Program-made: the position numbers and the translations under genes
Notes under the pieces: model-generated
Seen by the model: only the letters and a program-made list of their open reading frames with translations
What the model was told of the DNA's origin: nothing
Database searches by the model: none
Part shown: piece after piece, positions 58,700-64,000 of the stretch
Numbering within the stretch: the stretch's first letter is position 1
Layout of the letters: each line of letters starts with the position of its first letter
DNA from: Ignavibacteriales bacterium
GTDB lineage: Bacteria > Bacteroidota > Ignavibacteria > UBA10030 > UBA6906
Reading direction: 5' to 3'
Assembly: GCA_037441705.1 (NCBI GenBank)
Contig: JBBIRR010000011.1
Coordinates: 1 to 64,000 of the forward strand
DNA length: 64,000 nt

Positions 58700-59124
58700 A
58701 GAGTCAGCCAAAGAAATCAGTAGGGCGTTTTCTCATCGTCTTGCTGGTGCCGATCATCGCTGCCGCGCTGTGGATTCTTCTCGAACCCCGACAGACGAAG
58801 GACACTTCCGAGAGCATGACTTCGGAGGCGGCGGACATCGAGCGCGTTGTTCAGCGGCTCTTCACGAAATATCGAGTTGGTACCGTCCGCACTCGCAGCA
58901 TCGTCACGGGCGGCCGTGGCTTCAGGAGAATCGAGCGAAGAGCTGCCGTGCCGGCGGAGTTCAACACGCTGAGTTTCAACCACGACCTGAGTCGGGCACT
59001 TGCTGAGCACGGGGCGACGGTGATAGCGACGGAAAAACTCGAGGACAATTCGGTGGGAATGCACATTAAGAAGGATGGCGTGATCATCGAGACGATTGTG
59101 TTCGAAATGAACCGAACGCGGTGA
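58696..59124 (+). CDS. Hypothetical membrane-anchored protein
   Basis: GTGA overlap with the crotonase stop; basic N-terminus + one TM + ~110-aa soluble domain. Confidence 0.65.
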   Translation: MKSQPKKSVGRFLIVLLVPIIAAALWILLEPRQTKDTSESMTSEAADIERVVQRLFTKYRVGTVRTRSIVTGGRGFRRIERRAAVPAEFNTLSFNHDLSRALAEHGATVIATEKLEDNSVGMHIKKDGVIIETIVFEMNRTR

Positions 59125-59213
59125 CGAAAACTCACCGCACGCATCGAGCATTCATTCATTTCATCATTCATCAGACAGCGCCTGATCATCAGAAACAAGA
59201 AAGGAGTACAGCA

Positions 59214-60713
59214 ATCAGCACCCAGCAGAAGCAACGGCCGGCTGCGCAAAACAGTGCCGGCATAATGGACAAGATCGTCTCGCTTGCAAAGCGGCGGGGC
59301 TTTGTGTTTCAATCGAGCGAAATTTATGGCGGCTTGAACGGCTGCTGGGACTACGGGCCGATGGGCGTCGAGTTGCTGCGCAATATCAAGGACGCATGGT
59401 GGCAGGCGATGACGTATCGAGAGGATATCGAGGGGATTGATGCCGCCATCCTCATGCATCCGCGCGTATGGGAAGCATCAGGGCATGTCGCCAACTTCAC
59501 GGACCCGATGGTGGACTGCAAGAACTGCAAAGCACGCTATCGCCTCGATGTTCTGCTGGAGGAGCTTTCGACGAAGAAGAAGAAAGAAGTTTTGCGCGAG
59601 TTGTTTCCGGGGGAGTTCGAGGGGCAACAGGCCGAGGAACGCATCCTCCAGGAGTTTGATATACGATTGCGCGACAACACGACTCTTGCCAGAGCGTTGA
59701 GAGACAGCATCGCCTGTCCCAACTGCGGTAGCAAGCAGACGTTCACGGAAGCGCGGCAGTTCAATCTGATGTTCAAGACGTTCGTCGGGCCGGTGGAAGA
59801 TGCGAGTGCCGTTGTGTACCTGCGTCCGGAGACGGCGCAAGGAATCTTCGTGAACTTCCTGAATGTCGCCTCGGCATCGCGCCAGAAGCCCCCCTTCGGC
59901 ATCGCGCAGATCGGCAAGGCATTCCGGAACGAAATCAACACCAAAAACTTTCTCTTCCGCACGCGGGAGTTCGAGCAGATGGAGATGCAGTTCTTCGTGA
60001 AGCCGGGAACGGACGAAGAGTGGTTCGAGAAGTGGCGCGCCGAACGCATGCAGTGGTTTCTCGATTTGGGAATGAAGAAGGAAAAACTTCGCTGGCATCG
60101 GCACGAGCCGGATAAACTCGCACATTACGCGAAGGATGCGTACGACATCGAATATGAGTTTCCGTTCGGATGGGGAGAGATCGAAGGCATTCACAACCGC
60201 TCCGATTTCGACCTCAGCCAGCACGAAAAATACTCCGGCAAGTCCATGCAGTACTTTGACGAAGTGACGAAGGAGAAATACACGCCGTACATCATCGAAA
60301 CATCGGCGGGCGCGAGCAGGTCGTTCATGGCCTTCCTCGTCGACGCCTACCACGAGGAAGAAGCGCCCACGGCCGATGGGAAGATGGAAATGCGGACCGT
60401 TCTCAAATTCCATCCACGGCTCGCGCCCACCAAAGCGGCCATCTTTCCGCTGGTGAATCGTGACGGCATGCCGGAGATCGCGCGCAAGCTCGAAGCGGAA
60501 CTGCGGCCTCACCTGCGTGTCTTCTACGACGACAGCGGTGCAGTCGGCAGGCGCTACCGGCGGCAGGATGAGATCGGCACACCGTTCTGCATCACGATCG
60601 ATTCGCAGACGCTGAGCGATCAAACGGTGACCGTACGCGACCGCGATTCAATGAAGCAGGACCGCATTGCACTTGCTGCCGTGCTGAGCTATCTTCGGGA
60701 CCGCATCCGGTAG
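59214..60713 (+). CDS. glyQS: Glycine--tRNA ligase (dimeric class II); start either ATC 59214 or ATG 59265
   Basis: 'KRRGFVFQSSEIYGG', 'YLRPETAQGIFVNF', 'FRTREFEQME', 'GRRYRRQDEIGTP'. Confidence 0.95.
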   Translation: MSTQQKQRPAAQNSAGIMDKIVSLAKRRGFVFQSSEIYGGLNGCWDYGPMGVELLRNIKDAWWQAMTYREDIEGIDAAILMHPRVWEASGHVANFTDPMVDCKNCKARYRLDVLLEELSTKKKKEVLRELFPGEFEGQQAEERILQEFDIRLRDNTTLARALRDSIACPNCGSKQTFTEARQFNLMFKTFVGPVEDASAVVYLRPETAQGIFVNFLNVASASRQKPPFGIAQIGKAFRNEINTKNFLFRTREFEQMEMQFFVKPGTDEEWFEKWRAERMQWFLDLGMKKEKLRWHRHEPDKLAHYAKDAYDIEYEFPFGWGEIEGIHNRSDFDLSQHEKYSGKSMQYFDEVTKEKYTPYIIETSAGASRSFMAFLVDAYHEEEAPTADGKMEMRTVLKFHPRLAPTKAAIFPLVNRDGMPEIARKLEAELRPHLRVFYDDSGAVGRRYRRQDEIGTPFCITIDSQTLSDQTVTVRDRDSMKQDRIALAAVLSYLRDRIR

Positions 60714-60867
60714 CGCCGAGAACACGAGGGAAGGAACGCTGAACTTCTATGCAGCTCGATGCCGGAGGTTTGCGGATGCATTCTTCGGCAGACTCAGGTT
60801 TTGTTTGCACAGGGTTTTTCGCTATATTTTTTCCGCGTCTGATTCTGTTGAACTACGGAGGATATCC

Positions 60868-61818
60868 ATGGGGGCCAAGTCGTTCGCGTGGGTACTTGCA
60901 GCGTTCTTTGCTGTGCTTGCTCTTGGTGGGGGTTGCAGCAAAGAAGAGAATACGCTCGTCTACAGCAAGACGAAGTTGACGGGGGTAACGAACCTCCGCG
61001 CGTTCTCTGCGGGAGCAAATTCCGTCGGTCTTATTTGGTCGCCAACCCCCGACACGACCAACGACCAGTTCATCGCTATCAAAGTGACTGCCAAAGTCGG
61101 TACGACGGAATGGTCGAGTACAACGCTGCCCAAGAACACAGCCGAGACATTCGTCGTGATGGACTTTCTGAACGAAGGAACGGTTTACACTTTCGAAGTG
61201 GTGTGTAAGGCTGCGGACAATTCTGCCAACTACACCGATAGCGATCCGGTGAGGATAACATGGGCGCCCGCGCGGCGCCTCAACAGCGATAATGCTGTTA
61301 AGGTTTATGAAGTCGCCGCTCCCGATTCCAACGGCCTCCAGTTGTTTGATGGCATTGGCCCGCACGTTTTCTCGAGCAGGGTTCCGGCCTATCAACCGAT
61401 CATTGATGTGGTGCTCGACAGCACGGCTTCCGGCATCGTGATTATGAAGAGCGCCCACCTCAACCGGTTCGGCGGCGGCACACGGCGAACAAAGTTCTCC
61501 ACCTTTGACACGCTTGCCAGTACGTTCAATTACGGCCGTGTTGCCCCTCCCGATCCATCAACGTATGTCCGAGATTCCATTTTCATCGGCCCGGAAATCA
61601 TTACGAGCGGACGAGTGTATTACGTGATGACGCAAGACGGCAATTATGCGCGCATTCTTCTTGAGAAGAATTCACCCACGCCTGGCGAACCCGGATCGTT
61701 ACTCTTCGGTCAGGCACCGAATCGGTACTTACGTATTCGCGTTTCCTATCAAACATCGGCCGGGGTCATCTACGCAAAGCCGGCGGTGAACGGAGCTGGA
61801 ACAGTTCCTGCACAGTAA
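60868..61818 (+). CDS. Lipoprotein with FN3-like N-terminal domain and a beta-rich C-terminal domain
   Basis: GGAGG RBS; 'LALGGGC-SKEEN'; 'VTNLRA...VGLIWS...LNEGTVYTFEV'. Confidence 0.75.
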   Translation: MGAKSFAWVLAAFFAVLALGGGCSKEENTLVYSKTKLTGVTNLRAFSAGANSVGLIWSPTPDTTNDQFIAIKVTAKVGTTEWSSTTLPKNTAETFVVMDFLNEGTVYTFEVVCKAADNSANYTDSDPVRITWAPARRLNSDNAVKVYEVAAPDSNGLQLFDGIGPHVFSSRVPAYQPIIDVVLDSTASGIVIMKSAHLNRFGGGTRRTKFSTFDTLASTFNYGRVAPPDPSTYVRDSIFIGPEIITSGRVYYVMTQDGNYARILLEKNSPTPGEPGSLLFGQAPNRYLRIRVSYQTSAGVIYAKPAVNGAGTVPAQ

Positions 61819-61863
61819 TCTCCAGCATGCACAAACCGAGTGTACTGCTATTCCTGATGGTTT

Positions 61864-61892
61864 GGGTGGGCAATGAGTCCACCCTTTTGTTT
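61864..61892 (+). terminator. Intrinsic terminator
   Basis: GGGTGGGC-AATGA-GTCCACCC stem (one G-U pair) followed by TTTTGTTT. Confidence 0.65.
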
Positions 61893-61909
61893 GACGTGGG
61901 ACTTGACCA

Positions 61910-62821
61910 ATGAACTTGAAGCAAATCCTGTGGAATGATGTGAACGAGCTGAGGGCGGGCTGGCAGATTTTGGTGTTCGTGATTGCCCTTGCAGGTGTTA
62001 GCGCTGTCGTTGTCTTGCCGCTGGTGGCTTTCTTCGAAGTGCGTGATGCAATGACGATGAACGCAGCGGTGCTTGCAGCAGCGCTCGCAGCAACGTGGAT
62101 TGTGACTCGATTCGTGAACAAGAAGCCGTTCGTTGCGGTAGGTCTTGCCGTCAACCGATACACGATGCGCGAGCTTGCCCTCGGTTGCTTGCTCGGCTGG
62201 CTCATGCTCACGACAATTTTCGGGATCGAATACCTCTCGGACGATGTCAAAGTCGCTGCCGCGGATGTTTCGTTTGAGGAGGGTGCACAGATGTTCGGTA
62301 CTGCGTTCATCTTCTTTGCGCTTGCAGCGATGACGGAAGAAGTCCTGTTTCGCGGGTATCCTTTTCAGGCGCTCGTGCGCGGCATCGGCCTGGTACCGGC
62401 CGTTGTGTTGGTGAGCGTGCTGTTTGGTGCTGCTCATCTACGAAATCCCAACGTCAGCATCTTTGCCTTTTTCAATACCGCGCTTGTCTCGGCAGTTTTC
62501 TGTTTGGCATACTGGCGGACGCGCGGGTTGTGGCTGCCGTTCGGCATTCACTTCGGCTGGAATTTTTCGCAAACCGTTCTTTACGGGTTTCCCACCAGCG
62601 GCCATCACTTTCCGGAATACGAACTCACCCGATTGACACAATTCGGGGCTGAGTGGATGACGGGCGGCGCGTACGGGCCTGAAGGCGGCGCGCTTGCAAC
62701 GCTGACGATTTTTCTCTGCGGGGTGTATCTGTACTACGCACCCTCGCTTCGCCCGCACCCGAATGTCGTGACGCTCGACCGGAACGAAGAACTGTTAGAA
62801 CCGGCGAAGGAGGCTGCATGA
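61910..62821 (+). CDS. CPBP (CAAX/Abi) family intramembrane glutamic endopeptidase
   Basis: 'EEVLFRGY', 'FGAAH', 'HFGWN', 'GGAYGPEG'. Confidence 0.92.
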   Translation: MNLKQILWNDVNELRAGWQILVFVIALAGVSAVVVLPLVAFFEVRDAMTMNAAVLAAALAATWIVTRFVNKKPFVAVGLAVNRYTMRELALGCLLGWLMLTTIFGIEYLSDDVKVAAADVSFEEGAQMFGTAFIFFALAAMTEEVLFRGYPFQALVRGIGLVPAVVLVSVLFGAAHLRNPNVSIFAFFNTALVSAVFCLAYWRTRGLWLPFGIHFGWNFSQTVLYGFPTSGHHFPEYELTRLTQFGAEWMTGGAYGPEGGALATLTIFLCGVYLYYAPSLRPHPNVVTLDRNEELLEPAKEAA

Positions 62822-63969
62822 GGCGACTCGCAGTTGCCGTGGTGCTGATTGTGGTGCTTGCGACTCAGACTCTTGCACAGACAGTCCCCGGGCCTGAGTT
62901 CGACGAGTTGACGCGCAAAGGCATCGAGTACATTTATAACCTGGAATTCGAACATGCCGAGAAGATCTTCCAGGGACTGGCCAAAGCGTACCCCCGGCAC
63001 CCGGCCGGCCATTTCTTTCTCGCTATGGTGACCTGGTGGCGGATTCTCATCGACATTGACGATGAGCAGTATGATGAGGCATTCTACGATGCGCTGGATC
63101 GGGTGATTGATTTGTGCGATGAGCTGTTGGAAGAAAATGAGAATGATGTGACGGCGCTCTTTTTCAAAGGCGGCGCGATCGGATTCAAAGGGCGTTTGAA
63201 AGCGCATCGCAGCTCGTGGCTCGATGCCGCCAACGCCGGACGCAAAGCACTGCCGATTGTGCGCGAAGCATCCGCTCTCGATCCGAACAACAGCGACATT
63301 CTGCTCGGGACCGGCATCTACAACTACTACGCCGAGGTGATTCCGAACGAGTATCCGTTCGTGAAACCGTTGCTGCTGTTCGTTCCCCCGGGCGACAAGG
63401 TGAAAGGTATCCAGCAGATTACAACCGCTGCCGAAAAAGGAAAGTACGCCAACATCGAGTCGACGTACTTTCTCATGCAAATCTACTATCAATTCGAAAA
63501 AGACTATCCGAAGGCGTTAGAACTTGCCCAGAAGCTGCATCAGCGCTTTCCGAACAACATGCTTTTTCACAAGTACCTCGGACGCTGTTATGTGGTGCTG
63601 GGTCGGTGGGACAACGTCAAGGAGGTGTTTGGGGAAATTGCCGCGCGGTGCAAGAAGAACCAGCGCGGCTACGGTCCACTCGTCGAGCGTGAAGCCGAAT
63701 ACTACCTCGGCATGTACGACCTGAATGTTGGCGCACATGAGTCGGCCTTGAAGCACTTCCTGCGCTGCGACGAGTTGAGCCGAACACTCGATAAGGACGG
63801 CCCCTCCGGCTTCATGGTGCTTGCCAACTTGAAGATGGGTAACATCTACGATGCGCTTGCCAGGCGCGATCTTGCTCTGCTACAGTATCGCAAGGTCCTC
63901 AAGATGAAGGAGTTCAAGGACTCGCACGAGCTGGCAGAGCAGTACATCAAAACTCCTTTCTCGCGATAG
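62818..63969 (+). CDS. Exported tetratricopeptide-repeat protein
   Basis: Signal peptide; all-helical TPR-like pattern; ATGA overlap with the CPBP gene. Confidence 0.8.
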   Translation: MRRLAVAVVLIVVLATQTLAQTVPGPEFDELTRKGIEYIYNLEFEHAEKIFQGLAKAYPRHPAGHFFLAMVTWWRILIDIDDEQYDEAFYDALDRVIDLCDELLEENENDVTALFFKGGAIGFKGRLKAHRSSWLDAANAGRKALPIVREASALDPNNSDILLGTGIYNYYAEVIPNEYPFVKPLLLFVPPGDKVKGIQQITTAAEKGKYANIESTYFLMQIYYQFEKDYPKALELAQKLHQRFPNNMLFHKYLGRCYVVLGRWDNVKEVFGEIAARCKKNQRGYGPLVEREAEYYLGMYDLNVGAHESALKHFLRCDELSRTLDKDGPSGFMVLANLKMGNIYDALARRDLALLQYRKVLKMKEFKDSHELAEQYIKTPFSR

Positions 63970-64000
63970 GGTTCGATGCACCTCACAGTAATACTCTACG

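Noticed and set aside
61910-62821. CAAX/Abi protease as a phage-defence gene
   Set aside because: The 'Abi' label of CPBP proteins is historical; the context is housekeeping.

Overview
Gene-dense chromosomal window, most likely from an Ignavibacteria / Bacteroidota-Chlorobi-group bacterium. This is inferred from the T9SS C-terminal sorting domains of the 'QNYPNPFNPTT' type, the futalosine-pathway mqnD and the dimeric glyQS. In order it holds: a 1859-aa T9SS-secreted beta-helix/MAM-like protein; two tandem SGNH-TPR paralogs; a ~16.5 kb starch/maltodextrin locus with a perfect LacI-type operator; udk, a receiver protein and uppP; a Gx/EetB + NusG-II/EetA + ApbE + ECF cluster resembling the Listeria flavin-export module; queE-queC, class I fumarase, ferritin, a CNG-type K+ channel, mqnD and a PQQ sugar dehydrogenase; an unannotated four-gene operon; then hslUV, rpoN, dprA, an orphan eutN, glmM, amrAB, rfbA, a crotonase, glyQS and envelope proteins. 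The best candidate for an undescribed system is the operon at 41965-46838. It encodes a GldL/PorL-like two-TM protein with an intramembrane Glu and 15-residue repeats, a GldM/PorM-like single-TM Ig-rich protein, and two paralogous putative outer-membrane beta-barrel proteins where GldK/GldN would normally be. Non-coding oddities include an integron-cassette-like hairpin element, several degenerate 7/8/10-bp repeats and a possible ATC start for glyQS. No rRNA, tRNA, CRISPR array or transposase was recognised. All family calls are from motif recognition by eye; no database searches were run.
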